From: Nitrospirota bacterium
Lineage (GTDB): Bacteria > Nitrospirota > Thermodesulfovibrionia > Thermodesulfovibrionales > JdFR-86
DNA: 64,000 bases
Assembly: GCA_963721805.1 (NCBI GenBank)
Contig: CAVRJY010000001.1
Span: 192,001-256,000, forward strand
Direction of reading: 5' to 3'
Position 1 is the stretch's first letter, and each line of letters starts with the position of its first letter. This document shows positions 18,938 to 28,569 of the stretch, piece by piece. The translations under genes were made by a program, and so were the position numbers. The notes under the pieces are model-generated. The model had not been told where the DNA came from. It made no database searches and worked only from the letters and a program-made list of their open reading frames with translations.

Positions 18938-19354
18938 TTACTTCCCTATCTGAAGGGCCGACTTGAACATGCCCTTTGATATGTTAAACGTAGAGACGTT
19001 GGCCTCGTATGCGCGCGAGGCCATCATCATGTTGACCATCTCGGCCAGCGGGTCGACGTTCGGCATCTGCACGACGCCGTTTTCGTCCGCGTCCGGGTTG
19101 CCGGGGTCGACGACCGCCTTAAACGGGCTTTGGTCCTGCACTACTTCGCTTACGGCCACGCCGCTTATGCCGTCTTTGGGGTCCTTGCCCATCGGCGTGG
19201 AGGTGAAGACGATGTCCTGCCTGCGGTAGGGGCCGCCCTCCTCGGTGCGCGTGGTGTGGGCGTTGGCCATGTTCGATGCGATGAGGTTCATCCTCGCCCG
19301 CTGGGCGTACAGCCCGCTGGCGCTTACCCTGAGCACGTCGAAATTGGAGTCCAT
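18938..19354 (-). CDS. flgC: Flagellar basal-body rod protein FlgC
   Basis: SNMANAHTT, PYRR and EMVNMMMASRAYEAN. Confidence 0.96.
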   Translation of the reverse strand: MDSNFDVLRVSASGLYAQRARMNLIASNMANAHTTRTEEGGPYRRQDIVFTSTPMGKDPKDGISGVAVSEVVQDQSPFKAVVDPGNPDADENGVVQMPNVDPLAEMVNMMMASRAYEANVSTFNISKGMFKSALQIGK

Positions 19355-19361
19355 AGCTTAT

Positions 19362-19772
19362 CTACCTTCCCTTTACTGCCTGGTTGAATTCGTTGATACG
19401 CGTTGAGATGAGCCGCACCCCGGTCTCGTACAGCAGGGAGTTCTCGGTCATCTTCGAGACCTCGACGTCGAGTTCCACGTTGTTCTGGTCGTCCCAGGGC
19501 TCGGTGTCCTGAACCTTCAGGTCCACGGCCTCGGGGATGCTGGACTTGGGCGTTATGTGGCCCGGCTCCGTCGCGGCCATCTGGAGCCTCGCGCTCTCCT
19601 TGCCGAGTTCGGCGCCGAAGCTCGCGATGTCCTTAGAGCGGTAGCCCGGCGTGTCCGCGTTGGCTATGTTGGAAGACAGCACCTTCTGCCTGAACTGCGC
19701 GACGCGCAGGATCTTGTGCATCGTCTCGAACCCCTTGTCGCCCATCGCCTCTATGCCTGTCGGATTGCTCAT
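19362..19772 (-). CDS. flgB: Flagellar basal-body rod protein FlgB
   Basis: SNIANADTPGY and DQNNVELDVE. Confidence 0.95.
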   Translation of the reverse strand: MSNPTGIEAMGDKGFETMHKILRVAQFRQKVLSSNIANADTPGYRSKDIASFGAELGKESARLQMAATEPGHITPKSSIPEAVDLKVQDTEPWDDQNNVELDVEVSKMTENSLLYETGVRLISTRINEFNQAVKGR

Positions 19773-19787
19773 ATCGCCTCGTTATTA

Positions 19788-19802
19788 ACAATAAGCGTGC
19801 CA
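19788..19802 (-). promoter_or_regulatory. sigma54 promoter of the flgB operon
   Basis: Minus strand TGGCAC-GCTTA-TTGT (variant -12). Confidence 0.65.
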
Positions 19803-19902
19803 GCTTTCGCCGGACAGATAACGTTGATTATAAAGATAATTTTCCTCACCCTGTTGTCTCCTTGGCTCTCGCCACGTCAAAATCCCGTCAGCGCGTCCGT
19901 CT

Positions 19903-21210
19903 TCAGGAAAAGTTTCCCCCGTATTCCGCCAGTTTATTGCGTATCGTCCGCACGGTCACGCCGAGCCTGCGGGCGGCGGTTGTCTTGTTGCCGTCGCACT
20001 CGGTAAGCGTGCGCAGTATGACCTCTTTTTCGATCTCGCGGAGGCTGCCGCCCAGCTGGCCGGCCGCCGGGGCGGCCGCCCCTCCGGTCTCGACCATGAA
20101 GTCGTCGGCCTCTATGACGCCGGAGTGGTTTAGGAGCACCGCGCGCTGAAGCGCGTTTTCCAGCTCGCGCACGTTTCCGCGCCACGGGCGGCGAAGCAGC
20201 GCCTGCATCGCGCCCTCGCTGATCGACTCTACGGGCTTGCCCATCGAGGCCGAGAATTTCTTCAGGAAGTGGGCTGCCAGCAGTTCGACGTCCTCAGGCC
20301 GCTCACGAAGCGGCGGGAGCGTAAGAGGCACGACGCTCAGGCGGTAGAAAAGGTCCTCTCGGAACCTGCCCTCGGCGCATTCTTTCGATAGGTCGCGGTT
20401 CGTGGTTGCGACGATGCGGATGTCGACCGGCACGGGCTTGCTCGATCCGACGCGGTCCACCTCGCGCTCCTGCAGCACGCGCAGGAGCTTGGCTTGCAGC
20501 GTCATCGGCATCTCGCCGATCTCGTCCAGGAGCACCGTCCCGCCGTCGGCGAGCTCGAACTTGCCCTGCTTGCGCTCGATAGCGCCCGTAAACGCGCCTT
20601 TTTCGAACCCGAACAGCTCGCTCTCCATCAGGGTTTCGGGGATCGCCGCGCAGTTGACTGCGACAAACGGTCGCTCGCGGCGCGGGCTCATGCGGTGTAT
20701 CAGGCGCGCGACGAGTTCCTTGCCCGTGCCGCTCTCGCCGGTGACGAGCACGGTCGTGTCGGTGCGGCTGACCTCCTCGGCCATGCCAAGGACGCGCTCC
20801 ATGCGCGGGCTTTGCGTGAGGATCTCGCGGTCGCCCGTGTAGCGCTCCATCACCGAGCCGACCGAGGCCGTGAGCGTGTCGTAGGAGAAGGGTTTCAGCA
20901 GGTACTCAACCGCGCCTTCCTTCATCGCCTCCACGGCGTTCTCTACCGTGGCGTAGCCGGTGATGATCAGCACCGGGAGCTTCCCGGCGCGGGCGCGGAT
21001 TTCCTTTAACAGCTCGAGCCCTCCCATGCGGGGCATCTTCATGTCCGTTATGACCATCGAGAACTCCGAGGCCGCGAGCCTTTGCATGGCCTCGCGTCCG
21101 TCCTCGGCGAGCACGGCCTCAAAGCCCATGCGCTGCACGGCTTCTTTAAGCGCCGAGCGCATCTGCGGGTCGTCGTCCACCACCAGTATAGGATTCGTCG
21201 TTGTCGTCAT
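19903..21210 (-). CDS. sigma54-dependent response regulator (FleR/FlgR-like)
   Basis: Receiver domain, GESGTGKE, GAFTGA and Fis-type HTH. Confidence 0.93.
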   Translation of the reverse strand: MTTTTNPILVVDDDPQMRSALKEAVQRMGFEAVLAEDGREAMQRLAASEFSMVITDMKMPRMGGLELLKEIRARAGKLPVLIITGYATVENAVEAMKEGAVEYLLKPFSYDTLTASVGSVMERYTGDREILTQSPRMERVLGMAEEVSRTDTTVLVTGESGTGKELVARLIHRMSPRRERPFVAVNCAAIPETLMESELFGFEKGAFTGAIERKQGKFELADGGTVLLDEIGEMPMTLQAKLLRVLQEREVDRVGSSKPVPVDIRIVATTNRDLSKECAEGRFREDLFYRLSVVPLTLPPLRERPEDVELLAAHFLKKFSASMGKPVESISEGAMQALLRRPWRGNVRELENALQRAVLLNHSGVIEADDFMVETGGAAAPAAGQLGGSLREIEKEVILRTLTECDGNKTTAARRLGVTVRTIRNKLAEYGGNFS

Positions 21211-22412
21211 GCCCTCTGTCCCTCCGCTTCTAATTGTGGCAGGCTTAGCAGGAAGCTGGTACCACGGCCGGGGCCGCTCTCCACCCTGATCGTTCCGCGG
21301 TGCGCCTCCATGATGCGAGCCGAGATCGCGAGCCCGAGCCCGGTGCCCCGATCCTTCGTGCTGAAAAACGGGTCGAATATGCGCCCGGCGTCCTCGCGGC
21401 TGATGCCGGGGCCGTCGTCATGCACCTCGATCACGGCCGCCCCCCCGCGCTCGGAGCAGGTGACGGCTACCTCCGAGCCGCTCGGCGCGGCCTGTATCGC
21501 GTTTAGGATTATGTTCATCAGGACCTGCTTTATCAGTTCGAGGTCAAACAGCGCCAGCACGCCCGGGCCGCCCGAGAAGGCGATCGTAAGGCCGTGGCTT
21601 GCGGCCATTGGCTTTAGCAGGTATACCGTGGGCTCTATCGCGCGGCAGACCTCGGAGGGGCGCAGCGCGGCCTTCCGGGGCTTGGCGAAAAACAGCATGT
21701 TCGTAAGCACGTTGTTGAGGCTCCTGATGCCCGAGGATATGCCCTCGGCCATCTCGGCGTTAGGCGTGCCGCCCAGGTCGCGCGCGAGCATGCTGGCATA
21801 TAGCTCGATGCTGCACAGCGGGCTTCGGATCTCGTGTACTATCTTCGCGGCCATCTCGCCCATCGCTATCAGGCGGTGGTTGCGCTCCTGGGCGGCCTCA
21901 AGCTCCTTGAGCCGCGTGATGTCCTGCAGGAGCACGACATGCCCGCGCGTCATGCCCTCGGCGTCCGTGATCGCGGAGCGCGAGACTATGACGTCGAGCC
22001 TCGAGGCCGCAAGCCATGCCTCATCGGCGTCCTCCGGGATGCCCAATGACGCAAACCCCGCGCCGACTATGCCTTCGGTGCTCATGCCCAGCATCCGGCC
22101 GGAGGCGGCGTTGGCCATCGTGACCGTGCCGGCCGTGTCGACCACTATGATCGCCTCCGAGAGGCTCTCCAGTATGCCGCCCAGGTAGTCCTTGGCCTCC
22201 TCGGTCTGGGCGAGCGCCCCGGCGAGCGCGCGGTTTTTCTCGCCGAGCTCGTCGGTGAGATACCGCACGCGGCCCTTGAGGTCCGCATACGACTGCTCGA
22301 GCGCCTTCGAGGCCGAGGTGAACTGAGTGAATGCCTCGTGGAGCCTCTGCATCTTTTTGAGCTCCTCGGTGATCTGCCCTTCGGACATGGCCTCTTTTAT
22401 CGCCTGTGTCAT
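21207..22412 (-). CDS. PAS-domain sensor histidine kinase (FleS/FlgS-like)
   Basis: HEIRSPL, N box, DDGPG, FDPFFSTK and GTGLGL. Confidence 0.92.
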   Translation of the reverse strand: MTQAIKEAMSEGQITEELKKMQRLHEAFTQFTSASKALEQSYADLKGRVRYLTDELGEKNRALAGALAQTEEAKDYLGGILESLSEAIIVVDTAGTVTMANAASGRMLGMSTEGIVGAGFASLGIPEDADEAWLAASRLDVIVSRSAITDAEGMTRGHVVLLQDITRLKELEAAQERNHRLIAMGEMAAKIVHEIRSPLCSIELYASMLARDLGGTPNAEMAEGISSGIRSLNNVLTNMLFFAKPRKAALRPSEVCRAIEPTVYLLKPMAASHGLTIAFSGGPGVLALFDLELIKQVLMNIILNAIQAAPSGSEVAVTCSERGGAAVIEVHDDGPGISREDAGRIFDPFFSTKDRGTGLGLAISARIMEAHRGTIRVESGPGRGTSFLLSLPQLEAEGQRA

Positions 22413-24430
22413 CTGCCTTCGAGCGCCTTTTCTATCTGGATTTCCCTGAGCCGCGCAGCGGCCATCTTGCCTATGATCGAGCTTCCGGGGCTTATGAGCT
22501 TAAAAAGCTCCTCCTGGTCCGGGCCGCTGCTCATGACCGCCATCCTGTATGTAGCCCATTCGTTCGTCGCGTCCCTGGCGTGCGCTTCCTCGTAGAAGCT
22601 GAGGGATTTCTGCCTCTGCCCTAGGTCGTAGAGCATGTCCGCGAGCGAGAGCAGCACGGCCGCTGAGGGATCGTTAGCAGAATTCACCGCGCGCTCGAAA
22701 TAAGCTGCGGCCTTCGCGGGGTCGGATGAGCCCTTATATGACTGCCCGAGCAGGAGGAGGTCGTCCTCCGTAGGATTTTTGATCGAGAGTATGCGCGAGG
22801 TCGCGCCCTTGAGGTCGTGCTCGGCGAACAGTATCGCGGCGTCGGCCCGCTGGACGTCAGGGCCCTTCGCGCCCTGGAGCGTCTTTAGGCGGTCGAGGTA
22901 GGTCCTCGCCCTCTGGAAGTCCCCGGTCGCGGTATAGTGGTTGACGAGTTCGGCCAGCGCGCGCGTGCGGCCCTCGCGCGAGCCGTTTTCCTCGACCCAC
23001 TGCAGGGTGTCGAGATACGGCTCGCCGAGCTTCTTGAGCCTGAAGGCGATGTCCAGGAGCGTTGCCTCGCGCTTGGTGTCGAGCATCCATTTCTTTATGG
23101 CGGCCCAGGTGGACTTCAGGTCTTCGTCGTCACCGGCCTTCAGGTATGCCTTTAAGATGTTCTCGTATTCGTCGACGGCCTTGGCCTCGGGCTGAAACCT
23201 CATGACCAGCTCGCGGAGGTGGCCCATGGCGTCCTTCTGCTTGCCCTCGGCCTCGTCGATGCGGGCCAGGCCGAGTATCGCGGCATCGTATTCCTTGCCG
23301 TAGGGGAACTTCGAGCGGATCTCCTCGAGCGTGGCGCGGGCCTCGGTGAGCCGCCCGGTGCGGGCCTGTATGGCCGCGAGCTCAAGGAGCGCCGAGACCG
23401 CGATCTGGCGCGTCTGGGAGGACTTCAAGGCCTCAAGGCCGCTTATCGCCTCGTCGTCGCGGCCCTCGGCGGAGGCGATCCTCGCCAGGCCGAGCGCGGC
23501 GCGCTCCCTGTCCGGGCCGGACTGGATATCCTTCAGCATCTGGCGTGCGTCGAAGAGCTTCCCCTGCTGCCTGAGCGTCTCGCCGTACATGTAGCGCGCG
23601 TCGGCGGACTGTTGCAAGTACCTCGGGTACTTCGTCTGGGCCTCGCGGAACGCGCGTTCGGCCTCGTCGAACCTGCCCATGCGGCCGAGCGCCTCGGCCT
23701 CGCCGAATCCGGCTGCCGCGGACTGCCCGGCCTGCTGGAAGCTCGGGATCGCCTCGCCGTAGAGCTTCAGGCCCATCAGGGCCTGCCCGAGCCCGAGGTG
23801 GGCCTCCTCGGATAGCTTGGAGTTCGGGAAGCTCTTTAGGAATATCATGAAGTCCGCGCGCGCCTCGATATGGTGCTTGAGCGCGAGGTACGTCCGGCTG
23901 CGCTCGAACAGCGCGAGTTCCTTGAGCTTCTGGTCGGCGCTCAGCACGTAGGCGCCCCTGAATGAGTCTACCGCGTCGAACATGCGGCCCTGGCTGCGGT
24001 ACAGGAGGCCCTGCATGAAGTTAAGCGGCGGGTATGGGTTCGTGGGCGGCCTGTATGCGGCCAGGTCCTTCGCGGCCTCATTAGGGTTGCCGTTTTTGAT
24101 ATGCAGGAACGCGAGCTTCAGCGTAGGGTTGGATATCGCGAGATCTATCGAGTAGTCGATGTCGAACTTCGGGGCCTCGGCCGCCGGGGCGGCCTGCGGT
24201 TCTGAGTATGCGTGCCTCTCGTAAGGCTCATAGTTTCCGGGTGAAGGAGCGGTGGACGCGGGTCTGTCGTAGGGCGCATAGTTTCCGGGTGTTTGCGCCG
24301 GGGATGGCCTCTCGGCCCCGGACGGGCCCGCAGGCTTGACGATAGGCGCGAAGATCGAGGGCGGCGCGGTGTCCGCCGCCATAGCGGCCGAGGCCATCAA
24401 GATTATGATCGCTGTAAGAAACGCTCTCAT
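22409..24430 (-). CDS. Exported tetratricopeptide repeat protein
   Basis: Signal peptide, Pro-rich linker and many TPR-like helices. Confidence 0.8.
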   Translation of the reverse strand: MRAFLTAIIILMASAAMAADTAPPSIFAPIVKPAGPSGAERPSPAQTPGNYAPYDRPASTAPSPGNYEPYERHAYSEPQAAPAAEAPKFDIDYSIDLAISNPTLKLAFLHIKNGNPNEAAKDLAAYRPPTNPYPPLNFMQGLLYRSQGRMFDAVDSFRGAYVLSADQKLKELALFERSRTYLALKHHIEARADFMIFLKSFPNSKLSEEAHLGLGQALMGLKLYGEAIPSFQQAGQSAAAGFGEAEALGRMGRFDEAERAFREAQTKYPRYLQQSADARYMYGETLRQQGKLFDARQMLKDIQSGPDRERAALGLARIASAEGRDDEAISGLEALKSSQTRQIAVSALLELAAIQARTGRLTEARATLEEIRSKFPYGKEYDAAILGLARIDEAEGKQKDAMGHLRELVMRFQPEAKAVDEYENILKAYLKAGDDEDLKSTWAAIKKWMLDTKREATLLDIAFRLKKLGEPYLDTLQWVEENGSREGRTRALAELVNHYTATGDFQRARTYLDRLKTLQGAKGPDVQRADAAILFAEHDLKGATSRILSIKNPTEDDLLLLGQSYKGSSDPAKAAAYFERAVNSANDPSAAVLLSLADMLYDLGQRQKSLSFYEEAHARDATNEWATYRMAVMSSGPDQEELFKLISPGSSIIGKMAAARLREIQIEKALEGR

Positions 24431-24444
24431 CGCGCTGATTTACT

Positions 24445-24460
24445 TGCAACACTCATGCCG
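24445..24460 (-). promoter_or_regulatory. sigma54 promoter of the TPR/kinase/regulator operon
   Basis: Minus strand CGGCAT-GAGTG-TTGCA. Confidence 0.65.
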
Positions 24461-24563
24461 GGCTCAAAGGTACTGATTTTGAATGCTTTTATCTCCTTGA
24501 GTGAAGTCGGGTTTTTGACGATCACATTAAGCTCTGACACGCGAACGCGGCTAGTTTCAACCG

Positions 24564-24711
24564 AAAGTGCGAGAAATCGCGTCAGACAAGGGTGCCACGG
24601 GCACTTTTCTTTAACAGGAGGGGGTCCGTGACCCCCGATGGTGTACTGTGACGTACATAGAGGGCGGATTTTTGAAGCCCTGACGCAGTATCACGCGTAT
24701 TTGGCGCGCTT
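24564..24711 (-). repeat. GTAC-hairpin element, copy 4 (A/B mosaic with mini-hairpin substitution)
   Basis: Outer arms are like subtype A and the apex is like subtype B. No clear tail. Confidence 0.88.
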
Positions 24712-24748
24712 GAGGAAAGTGGAGGATTCGCAAAGCAGCTTTCGTTAA

Positions 24749-25795
24749 TTAATAAGTTATATTCTTCTTCTTAATCTTTTCAATCAATGTCGTGCGATTT
24801 AATCCTAGAAGCGACGCCGCCTTGCTCTTGACCCCGCCTACCCGTTTGAGGGCAACGGTGATCATATGCCTCTCGATCTCATCCATCAGGTCATTAAGGT
24901 TCACCCCGCCTTCCGGGAGCGGGAAGAGGAAGTCAGGCCGGGGCTCGGCATATGAGAACCTCGGGCCGTCCTCGGCCGCGGGCGCGGCGGGCGCGGTAGA
25001 GATCATCGAGGGCTCCGGCGCGCCCAGGACGCGCGGGGGGATGTCCTGCATCGTGATGGAGTCGTCGTTACAGAGGGTCACCATGCGCTCTATCGTGTTT
25101 TCGAGCTCGCGCACGTTGCCGGGCCAGTGGTAGACTTGCAGCTTCTCGACGACCTCCTGCGAGACCTCGACCTCGCGGCCCCGTTTTTTGGAGAAACCGG
25201 TAACGAACTCCTGCACCAGCAGCGGTATGTCATTTTGCCTCAGCCGCAGCGGCGGCAGGTGCATCGGGATGACGTTGAGGCGGTAGTAGAGGTCCTCGCG
25301 GAACGCCCCGGTGCGCGTCGCGGCCTCCAAATCGCGGTTCGTCGCGGCGAGTATTCGGACGTCGACCGAGATCGTCTTGGTCCCGCCAACGCGCTCGAAC
25401 TGCCGCTCCTGAAGCACGCGCAGGAGCTTGACCTGCAGCGTCGGGTGCAGCTCCCCGATCTCGTCGAGGAATATCGTGCCCCCGCTTGCGAGTTCGAACC
25501 TGCCCGGCCTCATCGCTATGGCGCCCGTAAACGCGCCCTTCTCGTGGCCGAACAGCTCGCTTTCGAGGAGGTTTTCGGGGATCGCGGCGCAGTTGACAGG
25601 GACGAATGGTTTGGGTGCGCGGTCGCCGTTTTGGTGGATCGTCTTGGCTACGCGCTCCTTGCCGGTGCCGCTCTCGCCATAGATAATAACGGTGGTATCG
25701 GAGGCCGCGACCTTGCGGATCAAATCGAAGACCTGCATCATTTGACGCGATTCGCCCGTAAGCATTGGGTAACGGCCCTCTCCCCGTTGGTCCAT
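24749..25795 (-). CDS. sigma54 activator (FleQ-like) lacking an N-terminal sensory domain
   Basis: GESGTGKE at about residue 40, GAFTGA, WPGNVRE and C-terminal LNRTTLIEK HTH. Confidence 0.9.
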   Translation of the reverse strand: MDQRGEGRYPMLTGESRQMMQVFDLIRKVAASDTTVIIYGESGTGKERVAKTIHQNGDRAPKPFVPVNCAAIPENLLESELFGHEKGAFTGAIAMRPGRFELASGGTIFLDEIGELHPTLQVKLLRVLQERQFERVGGTKTISVDVRILAATNRDLEAATRTGAFREDLYYRLNVIPMHLPPLRLRQNDIPLLVQEFVTGFSKKRGREVEVSQEVVEKLQVYHWPGNVRELENTIERMVTLCNDDSITMQDIPPRVLGAPEPSMISTAPAAPAAEDGPRFSYAEPRPDFLFPLPEGGVNLNDLMDEIERHMITVALKRVGGVKSKAASLLGLNRTTLIEKIKKKNITY

Positions 25796-25977
25796 AGGAT
25801 ATAGCCTAGAATAAACATTTTGCCAATGTCAATAGTTTGACTTATTTTGCTGGTTTGACGCGGACAAGACGGCTCGCGTATGGGGAGCAGCCCGATGCGG
25901 TGCTTTTGGATGCGGCCGGATGGCCCGTTTACCGGGCCTTGCTATTGCCGCGCCTCATCTGGTTTAATCGGCTTACG

Positions 25978-27819
25978 ATGTACAACCTTCCGCGGATAGA
26001 TCCCATGCTCGCGCGCGACGGGCGCGGGCTGGTCGTCCTGGAGTCCCTCAGGCCGGATGCGCAGAACCGCACCAGCTATGTCTTTCGAGAGCCGGAGAAA
26101 GTCCTTACCGCTCATGACTGCGAGGGCGTGGCCCGCGCGCTTACGGAGATCGACCGGCTCTCGCGGGAGCGCTGGATCGCGGGGTACATCACTTACGAGG
26201 CGGGGCTCTGCATGGAAGGGGCCACGGGCCCTCTCCTCGCCACGGGCCCTCTCCTATGGCTCGGGGTATACAGCGGTGCCACCAAGTACGACCACGTAAC
26301 GGGTCAAATTGCGGGAGACGCTGCGGTGTTCGCATCGGGTGAGGTTGAGCAAGGGGATTACGCTATCACAAACCTCGCGCTTGAGATGGACGCGGCGCGG
26401 TACGCCGAGCGCATAGGGCGGGTGAAAGACTATATCGCTGCCGGGGACGTCTACCAGGTGGACTTCACGACCGGGTACGCTTTTGATTTTACGGGCTCGG
26501 CATATGCCCTTTATGACGCACTCAAGAGAAAGCAGACCGTGGCATACGCCGCGTTCATCCGCACGGATAAAGGCGGAGAGGTGCTATCTCTCTCGCCGGA
26601 GCTGTTTTTAAGGCGAAGCGGCGACATAGTGACAGTAAGGCCGATGAAGGGCACCGCACCCCGTGGCCGCACCGCGGCAGAGGACGCCGCGCAGGCAACG
26701 TACCTCGCCGCCGATCCCAAGAACCGCGCCGAGAACGTGATGATCGTCGACCTGATGCGCAACGACCTCGGCCGCATCAGCCGCACGGGCGGGGTGCGTG
26801 TTGCGAGTCTCTTTGACGTCGAGCGGTACGAGAGCCTGCTTCAGATGACGAGCACGGTCACGGCCGAGCTCAGGCCGGACGTTAAATGGTCAGAGATCAT
26901 GCGCTGCATCTATCCTTCGGGCTCGGTGACCGGCGCGCCGAAGATCAGGGCCATGGAGATCATACGCGAGCTGGAGGACGGGCAGCGCGGGGTATACACC
27001 GGGGCGATAGGGTTCATCGCGCCGGGCGGCCGCGAGGCCGCGTTTAACGTACCGATACGGACTATAGAGCTAAGCGGCGGACGTGGCCGGATGGGCGTGG
27101 GAAGCGGGATAGTCGCGGACTCCGGGATCGCGGCGGAGTACGAGGAGTGCGTGCTTAAGGCCGCGTTTCTGACCTCGCCCCCGGTTGCGCCATTTAAACT
27201 GATTGAGACGATGCTCTGGGAGCGGGGCGGATATAAGCGGCTGGCGCTGCATATGGAGAGGCTGGCCGCCTCGGCCTCGTACTTCGAGATTCCGCTGAGT
27301 GAGGATGGAGTCAGGCGGGCGCTAGATGATGCCGCATCCGCGTTCGATGCGAATCTGCGATACCGCGTGAGGCTCACGCTCGATAGCGATGGCCGCTCCG
27401 ATGTTAATGCGGCCGGGCTGGTTGATACCGCTTCGGATACCGTCGCGATCTCGCCGCTTCGCACATCGAGAAAAGATGTCTTCCTGTATCACAAGACCAC
27501 AAACCGCGCGCTTTATGATGCGGAGTTCAAGAGGTGCTCTGCGGAAGGCCATGCGGACGTGCTGTTTTTAAATGAGGAGGGCGAGCTGACCGAGGGCGCG
27601 ATATCGAACGTGTATGTCGAGATCGAGGGCATGCTCTATACCCCACCGGTCGGGTGCGGTCTGCTCGCTGGCGTGATGCGGCGCGTGCTGCTTGAAGAGG
27701 GCAGGTGTACCGAGCGTGTGATCACCCTGGACGACCTCAAGGCCGCGGATGCGGTCTATATCTCGAACTCGGTGCGCGGGCTTAGGAGGGTCAGTATCGT
27801 ATTGCCGGCACTGCCGTGA
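25978..27819 (+). CDS. pabB: Aminodeoxychorismate synthase component I fused to class IV aminotransferase / ADC lyase
   Basis: SPELF, PMKGT, MIVDLMRND and TGAPKIRAM, then LHMERL, HKTT and GLLAGVMR. Confidence 0.92.
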   Translation: MYNLPRIDPMLARDGRGLVVLESLRPDAQNRTSYVFREPEKVLTAHDCEGVARALTEIDRLSRERWIAGYITYEAGLCMEGATGPLLATGPLLWLGVYSGATKYDHVTGQIAGDAAVFASGEVEQGDYAITNLALEMDAARYAERIGRVKDYIAAGDVYQVDFTTGYAFDFTGSAYALYDALKRKQTVAYAAFIRTDKGGEVLSLSPELFLRRSGDIVTVRPMKGTAPRGRTAAEDAAQATYLAADPKNRAENVMIVDLMRNDLGRISRTGGVRVASLFDVERYESLLQMTSTVTAELRPDVKWSEIMRCIYPSGSVTGAPKIRAMEIIRELEDGQRGVYTGAIGFIAPGGREAAFNVPIRTIELSGGRGRMGVGSGIVADSGIAAEYEECVLKAAFLTSPPVAPFKLIETMLWERGGYKRLALHMERLAASASYFEIPLSEDGVRRALDDAASAFDANLRYRVRLTLDSDGRSDVNAAGLVDTASDTVAISPLRTSRKDVFLYHKTTNRALYDAEFKRCSAEGHADVLFLNEEGELTEGAISNVYVEIEGMLYTPPVGCGLLAGVMRRVLLEEGRCTERVITLDDLKAADAVYISNSVRGLRRVSIVLPALP

Positions 27820-28117
27820 TTTCCGCGCTGATCCTCGCCATCACGCCATCAATGCCTGAAAGCACGTCTGTCTGCGTGCAGCTTAAAAACCTGATCCCGT
27901 AGCCCTCGATGATCGCCTGACGCTTCTTGTCCGGGCCCTTCGCGCCCTCGATCTCGACCACCAGCCTGAGCTTGGGGCAATAGAAATCAACGACCAGCTG
28001 CCCGACGCCGTATTCGCGGCTGAACCTGTAACCATTCAGGTCTGTTTCCTTCAGCCTGGCCCAGAGGGCGGCCTCGGCCTTCGGCGCTTTAATCTCAAGC
28101 AGTCCGTTTTTTGTCAT
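27791..28117 (-). CDS. DUF559 (Vsr-like) endonuclease-domain protein, degenerate
   Basis: AEAALWARL, GYRFSRE and VVDFYCPKLRLVVEIEG. Confidence 0.8.
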   Translation of the reverse strand: MTKNGLLEIKAPKAEAALWARLKETDLNGYRFSREYGVGQLVVDFYCPKLRLVVEIEGAKGPDKKRQAIIEGYGIRFLSCTQTDVLSGIDGVMARISAEITAVPAIRY

Positions 28118-28214
28118 TTCGTTTGCCTCACTGAATGTTCCGGCCAAAGGTATATTGTTGATGGCGGGTGCGTCTTATTAAGTATAGCATTTACGTGGCA
28201 ATCGGCCTCATTTA

Positions 28215-28300
28215 TTAACCATAGTTAATCGTAAGTTAATAGAAAACGCACGGGCATGAATTTTTTCTATAAGCTTCGGTTTATATATAAACCAAAGTTT
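28215..28300. repeat. 86-bp AT-rich palindromic block, copy 2
   Basis: About 88% identical to the reverse complement of 9871-9956. Confidence 0.9.
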
Positions 28301-28569
28301 GGCATTCTTTAGTGTATATTGGTTCTATGAGCAGTTTAGGATCATATCTGATGGGTAGCGCAGGCGGGGTTAGAGGGTTCCGCACTTGTTCGGATAAAGG
28401 GCTGAAAAGAGCCAAAAATATCCGAACATCCGAACACGGGGAACTAGGAGAATCAATATTTTCCGCAGAGTTATCACCGGTTTTGCGCCCGACATCCGAA
28501 CAGAATCGGCAAAAACGCGCGCGCACGCGCGCGGAATGCATAACTATACCTAAGCGCGGACATCAGAAC

